Below, piece by piece: positions 44,307 through 54,581 of a DNA stretch of 64,000 bases; position 1 is the stretch's first letter, and each line of letters opens with the position of its first letter. The stretch spans positions 7,534-71,533 of the forward strand of contig JBBUEH010000002.1 in the NCBI GenBank assembly GCA_038078255.1, in the 5' to 3' direction. Position numbers and translations under genes: made by a program. This DNA comes from Patescibacteria group bacterium. GTDB taxonomy: Bacteria; Patescibacteriota; Minisyncoccia; Phycocordibacterales; UBA9973. The notes under the pieces were generated by a model. The model saw nothing but the letters and a program-made list of their open reading frames with translations, had not been told where the DNA came from and made no database searches.

Positions 44307-44927
44307 CTATTCTATCCAATTAAATAAATTCTCAGAAAAAACAACACTATAATTACCAGAACCCTGCGACCAAGAAACAGTGGAAATAATTTTTGTTTCG
44401 TCGGCGCTTACCACCACTGTTCTAATTTTTCTAGTTAGACCAGAAGCTGTCCCAGAAAAACCATATTTGCCTGTCGCAGAATTGTACAAAAGAGCTCCAT
44501 TGGAACAAGTAGAAGATGCGCAAGCAGTCAACGCAATATCAATCATTGGTTGGGTACTATCACTATAATTTAAACTATCAGCGTTAATATAACAACCGTT
44601 CACCCCGTTGCAGGCAGAAATATCAACCAGGGTGGCATTAAAATTATTCCAGCCTGTCTGCGCTCCGCCAGAATAAAGCATATAAGTATCCCGCATATTT
44701 CTCATATATTCAACACCCTCTTGCGCCAAATATGAAGCAATGACTTTCCTTTTGGCATAGCCTGTATTGGAAATCCCTTGAGCTAAAATCCCAAGCAATG
44801 CCAAAATCGATGCGGTAAAAATTGAAACAGCCACCAGCATTTCTACTAAAGTAAAGCCCCGCCTGCAAAAGCTATGCTTTAAGCATGGCGGGCAGGCCTT
44901 CTTCTTTTGTTTGCGAAAAAGTTTCAT
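44307..44927 (-). CDS. PilV-like minor pilin
   Basis: RGFTLVEMLVA, LAQEGVE. Confidence 0.85.
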   Translation of the reverse strand: MKLFRKQKKKACPPCLKHSFCRRGFTLVEMLVAVSIFTASILALLGILAQGISNTGYAKRKVIASYLAQEGVEYMRNMRDTYMLYSGGAQTGWNNFNATLVDISACNGVNGCYINADSLNYSDSTQPMIDIALTACASSTCSNGALLYNSATGKYGFSGTASGLTRKIRTVVVSADETKIISTVSWSQGSGNYSVVFSENLFNWIE

Positions 44928-44936
44928 GGTTATTTT

Positions 44937-45569
44937 TTAAACATCTATCAACCTTTGAGACACTGAAGTTTGAAGTGAAAAAGGCGTTGCGATATTATTA
45001 ATGGTGACGGTGCCGACCAATCTGATGGTGACAAAAGGTTGTTGCTGATTTCCGACTGGCGCCTCGGCGCCCAGAATGGAAAAAGATGAAGCAGTGGTAT
45101 TGACAACAACCTCATTTGGAGTTAACTGAACAAAATTAGAAAGAATATAGGGTCCTTGAGTAGACTTAAAAAGTTTTCCAGTGCCATCAATATAATAAAC
45201 CCATTGATCGTTAGTCACACCAGGATCAGGATCACCAAAGGCATATTCGAAGGCGATACCCCAGCCACTTGCGCAACTCTTTGGATCATCCATGATGGGA
45301 GAGTTATCACTACTTGGGATCGTGTCCCCCGAGACAAAGCAGTGATAATTATACCCTGTCCTTAAATTTCTAGACATATCTTCCATCACAAAACTTAAAT
45401 TATCCAGAATCGAACGCATGGTCTGCGATTTACGATGAACTGCGTTCGCATTTAAAAGAACTCCCATGCCCGTCATGACCACCACCAGAAAAATAGAAAT
45501 CGAGATCATTGTTTCTATTATCGTGTATCCCTGATTTAATTTATGAATTTTTTTCAAAAATAATTTCAT
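44937..45569 (-). CDS. PilW-like minor pilin
   Basis: QGYTIIETMIS class III signal peptide. Confidence 0.85.
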   Translation of the reverse strand: MKLFLKKIHKLNQGYTIIETMISISIFLVVVMTGMGVLLNANAVHRKSQTMRSILDNLSFVMEDMSRNLRTGYNYHCFVSGDTIPSSDNSPIMDDPKSCASGWGIAFEYAFGDPDPGVTNDQWVYYIDGTGKLFKSTQGPYILSNFVQLTPNEVVVNTTASSFSILGAEAPVGNQQQPFVTIRLVGTVTINNIATPFSLQTSVSQRLIDV

Positions 45570-45583
45570 TACTTTTTAATTAC

Positions 45584-46237
45584 CTAATTCACCTGCACCC
45601 TGCCTGAAGGATAAAGTTTTATTTTAGCAGTCGCTCCTTTGGGAGAAAGAATATTGATCTCGACATAATAAATCGAGGAGGCAAGAGGAGGATTTGATTT
45701 AATGATAGCGCCTGAGTTGGGTCTCATAAAGGTGACTGTGAGATTATTTATGGGATTAGGGGTGGTCGGAGTGCCGGAATAAAAAACATTCATGCTAGAA
45801 ATAGTGTTGCCCTTGGTAATGGTGATTTTCTCTAGACATTCCCCAGTGCCCGGACAAGTAGAAGCTTCATATAAACCGTTTTGTGAAGGATTTTTAAAAT
45901 CAGTGAAAAAAGTAAAACTTTTATTGTCCGCTATCCGATCGACAAAAACTCCATAAGACGGTTTCCAGGTTGGATCACTACTCGTATAGGTACTTTGGGC
46001 GACTGGAGGGAATTTACCAGAAAGAGATGCTTTCTGCGCTTCCACTACTTTCAAAGCGATATCACTGGCCAAAATTTTAATATCTATCTGCGCTTGAAAT
46101 CCTCCGTAATTATAAACAACGATAGAAGACATGACCGAAATAATAGACAGGACAACAATCAGCTCCACATAAGTCATTCCCCCATTCTTTTTTAATTTTT
46201 TTAATAAAAGTAACATAAAATTAAAAACCAACAGCAA
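45584..46237 (-). CDS. FimT/GspH-like minor pilin
   Basis: GGMTYVELIVV class III signal peptide. Confidence 0.85.
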   Translation of the reverse strand: MLLVFNFMLLLLKKLKKNGGMTYVELIVVLSIISVMSSIVVYNYGGFQAQIDIKILASDIALKVVEAQKASLSGKFPPVAQSTYTSSDPTWKPSYGVFVDRIADNKSFTFFTDFKNPSQNGLYEASTCPGTGECLEKITITKGNTISSMNVFYSGTPTTPNPINNLTVTFMRPNSGAIIKSNPPLASSIYYVEINILSPKGATAKIKLYPSGRVQVN

Positions 46238-47036
46238 AAAAGTTTAACTGCAAGACAAACGCTACGAATGCGCCACCAACCAAATATATAGCAAAAGGAA
46301 TTTCACTTTTCATTCCGTAACCCCAACCATAAATCTTGGAGAAGAAAATAAGCCCAAGCCCGGTCAGGGCTCCAGAAAAAAAAGCCAAGACAAGGGCAGA
46401 AAGCACAGCCGGGAAACCGAGGAGCCATCCGAGTCCTAAAATAAGTTTAGCGTCTCCGAGACCCATCCAAGCGCCCCGAGACACAAGCCAAAGCAGAGCA
46501 AAGGGTAAGGCTACTAATATTCCAGACAAAAATTCTAACAACGAAGGAATATGCGGAAAAAATCCATAACTATTATTAAAGATAAATAAACCAAAAAACG
46601 CTAAAATTCCAAAAAGAAAAACAAGGGTGTCGGGAATTATCTTATGCCTTAAATCATAAACTGCAACAATCATTAGAATAGAAAACATGCTGGCGTAATA
46701 TAAATAAGAAATGACGAAGTCTAGAATAGATAAAAGAAAAAGATCTTGAAACTTAAAAAACAAAATAACGAAAATTAAGCCAGTGATGACTTCAACCAAG
46801 GGATAGATGTGTGATATTCGTGTCTGACAAGTTCTACATCTTCCTTTAAGAGCCAGAAAACTAAACAATGGCACAAGATCATACCAAGCAAGATTGTACT
46901 GACAAGACATGCAGGCGCTTCTTCCACCAAAAGATTTTTTGGTATTGAGCCGGCAAATTACAACATTTAAAAAACTCCCAATAATAAGACCCAGAATAAA
47001 GAAAACAAAAGAAATGAGAGGAAGAATGGATATCAT
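46221..47036 (-). CDS. pilD: Prepilin peptidase
   Basis: GSFLNVV, CxxC pairs, YDLRHKIIPD, MGLGDAKL. Confidence 0.95.
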   Translation of the reverse strand: MISILPLISFVFFILGLIIGSFLNVVICRLNTKKSFGGRSACMSCQYNLAWYDLVPLFSFLALKGRCRTCQTRISHIYPLVEVITGLIFVILFFKFQDLFLLSILDFVISYLYYASMFSILMIVAVYDLRHKIIPDTLVFLFGILAFFGLFIFNNSYGFFPHIPSLLEFLSGILVALPFALLWLVSRGAWMGLGDAKLILGLGWLLGFPAVLSALVLAFFSGALTGLGLIFFSKIYGWGYGMKSEIPFAIYLVGGAFVAFVLQLNFFAVGF

Positions 47037-47047
47037 TTTAAATTATG

Positions 47048-47575
47048 TTAATTGCAAGTAAAACTGCTACTATTGATAGCTCCTGCGGGGACAGAATTTA
47101 CCATTTTGGCTGTTCCTGTAGTATCTACGCACCAAGAAGTGCCTAGTGTTAATTTCAAGCCCACGGCCACAGCCCAAGCATTGGCGGAGTTATAACAAGA
47201 ACTGCCATTGCCTCTCTTGATTGCTTCGGCTAAAGCATCAGCGATAACTTTGTCTTTAGACAGCATGTTGGTCCCCTGTGGGTCATAGTTAGGACAAGCG
47301 CCAGCAACATTAACGCCACCAGCTGGCAAATATGAATTAAGATTATTCAGAAAAAAAATTTCAGCCACTTGTCGCAAGGTAGCTAAATTAGTCTTGACAG
47401 CTGTATCATTACCTTTATTCCTAGCATCACCCGAGTTAACTAAAATAACTGACGCCAAAACACCGATAATCGCCACGACAACTAAAAGTTCAATCAAGGT
47501 AAACCCGCCCCCCTTCGGGGTCACACCAAATTTTGGTGTGCGGGTAAATCCTTTTTCTAAATTTATTTTTTTCAT
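47048..47575 (-). CDS. Type IV pilin with a palindromic insertion in the leader
   Basis: GFTLIELLVVVAIIG, WCVD. Confidence 0.9.
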   Translation of the reverse strand: MKKINLEKGFTRTPKFGVTPKGGGFTLIELLVVVAIIGVLASVILVNSGDARNKGNDTAVKTNLATLRQVAEIFFLNNLNSYLPAGGVNVAGACPNYDPQGTNMLSKDKVIADALAEAIKRGNGSSCYNSANAWAVAVGLKLTLGTSWCVDTTGTAKMVNSVPAGAINSSSFTCN

Positions 47576-47626
47576 AAAAATTTATTAATACTTATAATAC
47601 TTTATATTATATCACATCTAAAAACA

Positions 47627-47666
47627 CAAAAACCACCTTTTGTGGTCTTACTTAAGGTGGTTTTTG
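47627..47666 (-). terminator. Probable intrinsic terminator after the major pilin gene
   Basis: CAAAAACCACCTT..AAGGTGGTTTTTG stem with T-run. Confidence 0.6.
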
Positions 47667-47687
47667 AAAAACAAAATTTATGTTTTA

Positions 47688-48086
47688 TTATGGACAAACT
47701 GTAATAGCCCCTAACCCTGCGGCAGTTGATTTTGAGGTTCCTGTACTATCTACACACCAGCCGCCAGAAGATTTTAGGCCCGCCCATCCGGCCCACGCAG
47801 TAGCACTGGCTGTACATACTCCTCCATTACCCCCTGCCAATACAGCTGCAGCTTGAGCTTTGGCCATATTTGCATCAGCGCAAACTCCTGTGTAAGTTGA
47901 TCCTATATCGTAGAACAACTCAGCCTGTGCTCTCATATTTGCCAAGTTTGCCTTGACGGCCGCATCGGCGCCTTTGGCCCGCGCAGTGTTTAGTGATGCC
48001 AAAACAACCGAGGCAAGAATCCCGATTATTGCAACAACCACCAAAAGTTCAATCAATGTAAAACCTTTTTTAAAGTTCATTTTCAT
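47688..48086 (-). CDS. Type IV pilin, probably the major pilin
   Basis: KKGFTLIELLVVVAIIGILASVVLASL. Confidence 0.92.
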   Translation of the reverse strand: MKMNFKKGFTLIELLVVVAIIGILASVVLASLNTARAKGADAAVKANLANMRAQAELFYDIGSTYTGVCADANMAKAQAAAVLAGGNGGVCTASATAWAGWAGLKSSGGWCVDSTGTSKSTAAGLGAITVCP

Positions 48087-48196
48087 AATTATTTAAACTA
48101 TTAATAATACCTATAATAATAATTCGACTTGTTTTTATTTTTAATAGTTAAATTATAACACAAGAAAGAAAACATAACGCAAGAAAGTTATCCACA

Positions 48197-48272
48197 CCTG
48201 CCCGCAATGCTTTCAGCATACCCGCCAGCAACGCTTCGCATAGCGATGCGGGCTGGGCCTGATGCAGGCGGG
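48197..48272. repeat. Nested palindromic element (CCTGCCCGC...GCAGGCGGG family)
   Basis: Outer 39-bp element interrupted by a related ~36-bp element; homologous to 44858-44896 and 60076-60114. Confidence 0.8.
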
Positions 48273-48285
48273 ATCTAGCTAATTT

Positions 48286-49494
48286 CTAGCTAATTGACCC
48301 AGCCAAATTGTAAATCGGTATTAAGATAGAAACAAGCAATATTCCAACAGCTAAACCTAAAACCACAATCATCACTGGCTCTATCAAGCCGACCAATGTA
48401 TCAATTGCATCATCTACTTCCCGTCTGTAGAAATTTGTTAAAGTTTTTAAAATAGTTCCGAGCGAACCTGTTTCTTCACCCACTTGCACCATTTGTACTA
48501 GAATATTTGGTATTTCATTTCTATGTTTTGAAAGCGCAATAGAGAAAGATAAGCCAGACTTTACTCCATCCGCCACTTCTCTGAGGGCGCTTTTATATAC
48601 AAGACTGCCGACAACATTCGCAGTAATGTCTATCGCTCGAACTATCGGCACACCCGAAGTCAGCATTGTATCCATATTGTCCGTTACTCTAGAGAGATAA
48701 AGTTTTCTATAAAGATTGCCTATAAGAGGCATAGATATGCGCATTCCATCTAAATATTCTTTTCCTCTTTCTGTAGAAGATAGTCGCCAAAGCCAAATAG
48801 AGAGAAGCACCAAAAAAATCAGAACAATGAAACCGTAATTAACAAAAAAGGTCGAAATCGCTATAACTATCTGAGTATAGAAAGGCACCTCTTGTCCAGA
48901 ATCCAGAATGATTGCGGAAAGTTTCGGGATCACCAACACAAACATCAGAGTCATCACAACAAAAAAAGTAATAATAACAAAAATTGGATAGATGAGCGCA
49001 TTTCGAGCTTTAGAAGTAAGGACATATTGGCGATCTAGGTATTCTGCTAAATGTAAGAATGTTTGATTTAACTTCCCCGTTTCTTCACCCACCTTCACCA
49101 TGTTGATATAAAAATCTGAAAATACATCAGGATGGTGAGCCAGAGCCCCAGAAATGGAGCTCCCTGCTTGAAGATCGTCGGTGATTTCTGTGAGTTTACG
49201 ACTCAAAAGTTTGTTTTCCGTATTGGTTGCAAGCATAGTAAAAGATTTGAGCGCCGAGACTTGCGCTTCAAATAAAGTTGCAATTTGACGAGACAGAATC
49301 ACAATCTCTCTGTTTGATATTTTTTCAAACAGAGAATGAGAAAAAAATGATTTGGCTTCTGTCTCGTCTTTAATGGAAATAATGACAAATCCCCTTCTCT
49401 GGAGTCCGCTAATTGCCATATCACGATTGGGCGCGTCAATGTCTCCTTCTTTATTTACTCCCCCATCATCAATTGCTTTATATTTAAATAACAT
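48286..49494 (-). CDS. pilC: Type IV pilus platform protein
   Basis: GEETGKL, ALIYP, GEETGSL, LIEPVMI. Confidence 0.95.
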   Translation of the reverse strand: MLFKYKAIDDGGVNKEGDIDAPNRDMAISGLQRRGFVIISIKDETEAKSFFSHSLFEKISNREIVILSRQIATLFEAQVSALKSFTMLATNTENKLLSRKLTEITDDLQAGSSISGALAHHPDVFSDFYINMVKVGEETGKLNQTFLHLAEYLDRQYVLTSKARNALIYPIFVIITFFVVMTLMFVLVIPKLSAIILDSGQEVPFYTQIVIAISTFFVNYGFIVLIFLVLLSIWLWRLSSTERGKEYLDGMRISMPLIGNLYRKLYLSRVTDNMDTMLTSGVPIVRAIDITANVVGSLVYKSALREVADGVKSGLSFSIALSKHRNEIPNILVQMVQVGEETGSLGTILKTLTNFYRREVDDAIDTLVGLIEPVMIVVLGLAVGILLVSILIPIYNLAGSIS

Positions 49495-49520
49495 AATTGT
49501 TGTTCCACATGTCGGACTTG

Positions 49521-50579
49521 TTATATCATGCGCTTGAGTCCTTTGGGATTAAGGGAATACTGGTAAGCATTTTCTATCGAAATTTCACCGGAGCGCACCA
49601 ACTCCGTGAGAGAATGATTCAAATCTATCATGCCAGACTCTGATCCTGTTTCTATAACCACATTAATTTCATGCGTCCGTTTCTCGCGAATTAAATTCGA
49701 CACAGCATTATTGTTTAAAAGAAGTTCGTAAGCAGGAATCAGTCCCCCAGCAATTCTGGGTAGAAGTCTTTGGGAGAAAATCCCGAGCAACGAAGATGAA
49801 AGCTGAACCCGAATTTGATCTTGCTGATCGCCCGGAAAGGAATCAATAATTCTATCTATGGTCTGCGCAGCATTGTTGGTATGGAGAGTAGAAAGCACAA
49901 GATGTCCAGTTTCAGCCGCCGTCACTGCCGTGGCCATGGTCTCTGGTGTACGCATTTCGCCGATCATTATAACATTCACATCTTCCCGAAAGACAGATCG
50001 AAGCGCAATGTGAAAATCTTTAGTATCAATGCCCACCTCTCTTTGACTGATGATAGATTTATTAGGTATATAAACATGCTCAATCGGATCTTCGATAGTA
50101 ATAATGTTGCAAGCTTTTTCGTTGTTAATTAAATTAACCATAGCCGAAAGAGTAGTTGACTTTCCTTGTCCCACAGGACCCACCACTAGGAAAAATCCTT
50201 GTTTCTTGCAAGCTAGATCAGCCAAAATAGGAGGTAAATTTAATTCTTTCAGAGTCTTCACCTTCGGCACCAAACGAAAAGCCATACTAATCAAACCTTT
50301 TTGGAAAAAAGCATTGCCTCGAAGTCGAGCCTTCCCGTGAAAATCATAAGAAAAATCTACTTCTTGGTTTTTCATAAACGCATCAACTTTTTGTTTTTCT
50401 AACACCTCACCCAAAACACCCATCATATCTTCTTGGGTAAAAACTTGGTGTTTGACTAAAAAGATCAGCTCTCCGGACAGACGAATAGCCGGCACTCGTC
50501 CTGCGCCAAGATGCAAGTCTGAACCATTTTCATTAATCACAGTTGAAATAAGATCTTCTAGTTCTTTTTTATAATCCAT
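49521..50579 (-). CDS. pilT: Pilus retraction ATPase
   Basis: SDLHL, GPVGQGKSTT, TIEDPIE, AETGHLV. Confidence 0.95.
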   Translation of the reverse strand: MDYKKELEDLISTVINENGSDLHLGAGRVPAIRLSGELIFLVKHQVFTQEDMMGVLGEVLEKQKVDAFMKNQEVDFSYDFHGKARLRGNAFFQKGLISMAFRLVPKVKTLKELNLPPILADLACKKQGFFLVVGPVGQGKSTTLSAMVNLINNEKACNIITIEDPIEHVYIPNKSIISQREVGIDTKDFHIALRSVFREDVNVIMIGEMRTPETMATAVTAAETGHLVLSTLHTNNAAQTIDRIIDSFPGDQQDQIRVQLSSSLLGIFSQRLLPRIAGGLIPAYELLLNNNAVSNLIREKRTHEINVVIETGSESGMIDLNHSLTELVRSGEISIENAYQYSLNPKGLKRMI

Positions 50580-50590
50580 GTGTTTTTGTT

Positions 50591-50992
50591 TTATTTCGGA
50601 ATGACAATTTTCTTAGATAAAATATTGACTACTTCGTTGATGACTTCGAGCGGAGTAGAATTGGCCTTGATGATATAGCCCGACACTCCTAATTTGTTTC
50701 CTCGCTCCACATCTGCCTGTTCGCTCTTGTTGGATAAAATTATTTTCACCGAATCCGGAGACAAATTATCTTTATTTATTTTTTCTAACATCTCAAAACC
50801 ATCCATTTCAGGCATTATGATATCAACTAAAAAAATGTTCGGCTGAAGCCCACTTTTAATTTTTTCGATAGCTTCTACGCCATTCTCTGCTGTATAAACA
50901 TCGAAATTATTCTGGCTAAATTTCAATGCATACATGTCTAAAAGAAAATTATCATCATCTACTATCAAAATTTTTCTTTTTTCTCCTTCCAT
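50591..50992 (-). CDS. Single-domain response regulator (CheY-like)
   Basis: ILIVDDD, DIIMPEMDGF, YIIK. Confidence 0.9.
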   Translation of the reverse strand: MEGEKRKILIVDDDNFLLDMYALKFSQNNFDVYTAENGVEAIEKIKSGLQPNIFLVDIIMPEMDGFEMLEKINKDNLSPDSVKIILSNKSEQADVERGNKLGVSGYIIKANSTPLEVINEVVNILSKKIVIPK

Positions 50993-51053
50993 ATTATATT
51001 AGACAATTATACTACAAAACGGCTTTGAATTGGCTTGAGTGTGGATAACTCCC

Positions 51054-52802
51054 TTATTCATTTTCATTACTAAAATTATACACTTCGGTAAAAGGAATCG
51101 TTCCTTGGATAGATTTGAGCATGGCGTCTTCTTTCATCATCAGCATTCCATTCTTGCGAGCTACTTTATAAATTTCTCCATTGGTAGGACTTTTTAATAT
51201 GACATTTTGCATTTCTTTGTCTACATTAAACATTTCAAAAACAGCAATACGGCCCCTTGTGCCAGAAGGACAATCGTTCGATGGAACGGTGTCATACATT
51301 TGCCCCTTAATTCCAATTTCCTGTTTAAATTTATCTGGCAAATCTTTCATCTGCTCTTCAATTTGCATTTTAATGCTTTCGTCCATCGGCACAAGTTTGC
51401 GTGAAGACGGACAAGTAAGACGAGCTAGACGTTGCGCCACGGACAGAATCAGAGTGGGCGCAATTAAATACGGATCAACTCCCATGTCCACCAAACGAGG
51501 CACTGCGCCGATGGCGTTGTTGGTATGTAAAGTGGAGAGAACCAGGTGTCCAGTCAAAGCCGCTTGAATGGCCAATTGAGCTGTTTCTTTGTCACGAATT
51601 TCTCCAACCATGATGATGTCCGGATCTTGCCGAAGAACGGAACGAAGTCCGGAAGCAAAAGTATATCCAATCTCCGGCATCATTTGCGACTGATTCACAT
51701 CGGGCATGTGATATTCCACGGGATCTTCGAGAGAAACAATGTTGCTTTTTTCTTTATCCAGTTCGTTCATCATGGAGTAAAGAGTGGTAGATTTTCCAGA
51801 TCCGGTCGGACCAGTAATTAGAATGAGTCCGTACGGTTTCTTGATCGCCTCTCGCATCATGTTCAGATTTCTTTCTGAGAGACCTAATTGATCTAAAGGT
51901 TTTACCCCCTTTTCAGAATCGAGAATTCGCATGACCACCTTTTCTCCATAATATGCCGGCAGAGTAGAAACACGAAAATCAATTTTCCGTCCATCAATAT
52001 TGGCGCTGAATGATCCATCTTGGGGTTTTCTTTTCTCATCTAATCGAAGTTTGGATAAAATTTTCACTCGGGCTACTATCCCACTGTAAATATTTGGTGG
52101 CAACATTATGGTAGTGCGCAGAATTCCATCCACTCGAAAACGCACTTTCACCTTTTCTCCAGTGTGTTCAATATGGATGTCGGAAGCGTTGCCCTCTATC
52201 GCATTACGCAAGATAACCGCCACGATCTTGATCACCGGGGCATCTTCGACTATTTTCTTTTCTTCGCCTGATTTGACACCCTTGATTTCTTTACTTAAAT
52301 TTTCTTCACTTACATTTTTAGCATCAAATGACTCATCGTCCCCGAACTCTCCCAAGGCTTCATCTACTTGACTCGACAAACCTTTATAAGTTTCTAAAAT
52401 ACTCTCAAAGTCGCTCTTGGAAATAAGAAAAATCTTAAAGGGAATGCCTTCTTTGGCAGAAATAAATTGCAAAGCATCCATCGCTTGCATATTTTCCGGA
52501 TCCGTAATGCCCACCTCGAGCACCCCATCCTTTAGTTCAATTGGAGCAAAATGATAATGCGTGGCTGAGTCTTCCGAAATATATTTTAATACATCAAAGG
52601 GGTGTTTCTGTTGATCAATTTTCTTAATAGGAATTTGCAAATATTTCCCTTTGATTTCAAGAATTTTTTCTTCCGTTATGCCAGATTCGATTAATGCTTC
52701 GTCTATGTCTCCATTATATTTCTCTTTGGCCCGAGTTTTTATATCACCTATTTGGCTTTTTTGAATTACATTTTCTTTTACTAACTCTTCTAAAAAACTC
52801 AT
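51054..52802 (-). CDS. pilB: Pilus assembly ATPase
   Basis: ASDIHIE, GPTGSGKSTT, LRQDPDIIMVGEIRD. Confidence 0.95.
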   Translation of the reverse strand: MSFLEELVKENVIQKSQIGDIKTRAKEKYNGDIDEALIESGITEEKILEIKGKYLQIPIKKIDQQKHPFDVLKYISEDSATHYHFAPIELKDGVLEVGITDPENMQAMDALQFISAKEGIPFKIFLISKSDFESILETYKGLSSQVDEALGEFGDDESFDAKNVSEENLSKEIKGVKSGEEKKIVEDAPVIKIVAVILRNAIEGNASDIHIEHTGEKVKVRFRVDGILRTTIMLPPNIYSGIVARVKILSKLRLDEKRKPQDGSFSANIDGRKIDFRVSTLPAYYGEKVVMRILDSEKGVKPLDQLGLSERNLNMMREAIKKPYGLILITGPTGSGKSTTLYSMMNELDKEKSNIVSLEDPVEYHMPDVNQSQMMPEIGYTFASGLRSVLRQDPDIIMVGEIRDKETAQLAIQAALTGHLVLSTLHTNNAIGAVPRLVDMGVDPYLIAPTLILSVAQRLARLTCPSSRKLVPMDESIKMQIEEQMKDLPDKFKQEIGIKGQMYDTVPSNDCPSGTRGRIAVFEMFNVDKEMQNVILKSPTNGEIYKVARKNGMLMMKEDAMLKSIQGTIPFTEVYNFSNENE

Positions 52803-52809
52803 AATTAAA

Positions 52810-53241
52810 TTACGGGGTTAGGGGTGGAGCTGGATTAGTTGTGGGAGGAACTGTGGCTGGAATTCCGGTGGTGGCTGGAGCGGTAGTATCTATAGGTGGC
52901 AACACCACAACATCGGTGCCAATTGGAGCAAATGGATTAGGTCTACCTTCATTGCCATCTGGAATCAGAATAATGCTGGAGTCATGCAAAGAACGAAAGG
53001 CATTGCTAGAAAAAATAGCATCGTTTAATTTAATATTTTTAACATTTAAAAGAAGAGCCAAAAATTCTTGAGCGATAGCTGAAGTGTCGCCAGAAATTGT
53101 AGTCATTGGTTCCTGCGAATCCGGCAAAGAAGAGACCAACGAAGCATCTTCGTCCGGAGAAGCCTTGATGAAAAAAATATAAACTAAGACGAGAATTATT
53201 CCAATCACTAAGAATATTATTATGTTTTTTATTTTTGGCAT
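52810..53241 (-). CDS. Pilus-associated membrane protein with Pro/Thr-rich tail
   Basis: N-terminal transmembrane helix, GRPNPFAP; within the pil operon. Confidence 0.7.
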   Translation of the reverse strand: MPKIKNIIIFLVIGIILVLVYIFFIKASPDEDASLVSSLPDSQEPMTTISGDTSAIAQEFLALLLNVKNIKLNDAIFSSNAFRSLHDSSIILIPDGNEGRPNPFAPIGTDVVVLPPIDTTAPATTGIPATVPPTTNPAPPLTP

Positions 53242-53254
53242 TTTTGATTTTATT

Positions 53255-53878
53255 TTAATTTTTTAACCAATAAGTTTTAATTTTGAAACTATATTTGTAA
53301 ACCTCGTCACTGGATAACTTGCCGACCAGAGGAGCCACCCTGGTATCTGTAGACGAAAATTGGACGGCTGCTATGTCTACAATCCTCAGGTTGCTTTGGA
53401 GATCTCTTGAAAAATGAAGAAAATTATTGTAAGTACCCATGGTGGAAAATTCTAAATTCCAGATCCCATAATCCTTTTGCAAAGCCGGATCTACTGCGCC
53501 CCCTTGAATATCTCCCGCCGGCAGAGATTTACTAGGATCTGTTGTAACCTTCTTCATGGGTGTATCGTATTTCACATCTTTCAGCGTCATGCCATACGGA
53601 GAAGCTACTTGTTCTATTTCTAGAATCAGGCGAATGTTGTCAATATTTTCGGGCAAAAGTTTTTGGAGTTTTATCAAATCCTCTGGATTAATAGAATTAT
53701 ATTTGGCTGTTAGTTTGTCTCTTTCATTTTCAAGCATTTTGGAATTATTTAAAGCTTCGTCATAAGACGCCACCTCTGTTCGCAAAAGAGAAATGCTGTT
53801 GTAAATAGGATGAGTAAAGACGAAAAAAACAGCGATGGAAACTCCTACTAAAATGATGGGGGTAATGAATCTTGTCAT
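53255..53878 (-). CDS. PilO-like alignment protein
   Basis: Transmembrane helix, coiled coil, KLLP, GTYNNF..LRIVDI; operon position. Confidence 0.75.
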   Translation of the reverse strand: MTRFITPIILVGVSIAVFFVFTHPIYNSISLLRTEVASYDEALNNSKMLENERDKLTAKYNSINPEDLIKLQKLLPENIDNIRLILEIEQVASPYGMTLKDVKYDTPMKKVTTDPSKSLPAGDIQGGAVDPALQKDYGIWNLEFSTMGTYNNFLHFSRDLQSNLRIVDIAAVQFSSTDTRVAPLVGKLSSDEVYKYSFKIKTYWLKN

Positions 53879-53892
53879 AAAAATAAAATAAA

Positions 53893-54489
53893 TCAGCTCT
53901 CCACCTCGAGGGTGGTTTTGTAATCAAATAAAAGCGGATCGACCATAAATTCTAAATCAAAAAGCACACTGCCTTTGTCGTCCAACGAAAGATTGAAAAA
54001 AATGGGATCAATCAAATTTCTATTTTGAGCAAAGAGATCAGACTGAAGCGCCACCGAACGATACCCTATTGCCTGTCCGCTCATTTTAATAGTAACAATT
54101 CTGGTTTGATCACCCTTGAAATCATAACTGAATTTCGTATAACGAACGGTTTTCATCGTAATAGCTTGGAGCGCCTCGAAAATGGGAGTCACCGCAATGT
54201 GTTTTGCTAAAATTTCCTCCGATGCGTCCAAGCGCCTGCTCAACACTTGAAGTTCTGTTATTTTAGAAGGCTCAAAACGATTTTTGGCCAAAGTGAGATC
54301 GCTTTCCATCTTGACCAGACTGCGAGCCACAATCTTTTTATAAAAATAAAGACCAGCGGAAGTGAGTAGGATTGAAAATAATATAAAAATAGAGACAACC
54401 GAAAAAATACCAAAAGATCGGGGTGCTCCCACCCGTTCGTCGATCATGGGCTTTTTAGGTATAAATGATGTTTGAAAATTCGGTTCCAT
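53893..54489 (-). CDS. PilN-like alignment protein
   Basis: TSFIPK N-terminus, transmembrane helix, coiled coil; follows pilM. Confidence 0.7.
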   Translation of the reverse strand: MEPNFQTSFIPKKPMIDERVGAPRSFGIFSVVSIFILFSILLTSAGLYFYKKIVARSLVKMESDLTLAKNRFEPSKITELQVLSRRLDASEEILAKHIAVTPIFEALQAITMKTVRYTKFSYDFKGDQTRIVTIKMSGQAIGYRSVALQSDLFAQNRNLIDPIFFNLSLDDKGSVLFDLEFMVDPLLFDYKTTLEVES

Positions 54490-54581
54490 TTTACCCTACT
54501 ATTATATTACAAAAACAATTTTAAATGAAGTATGTTGTGTATAACTTTAAGTAATAACCGTAATTTTGTCGATTATTATGT

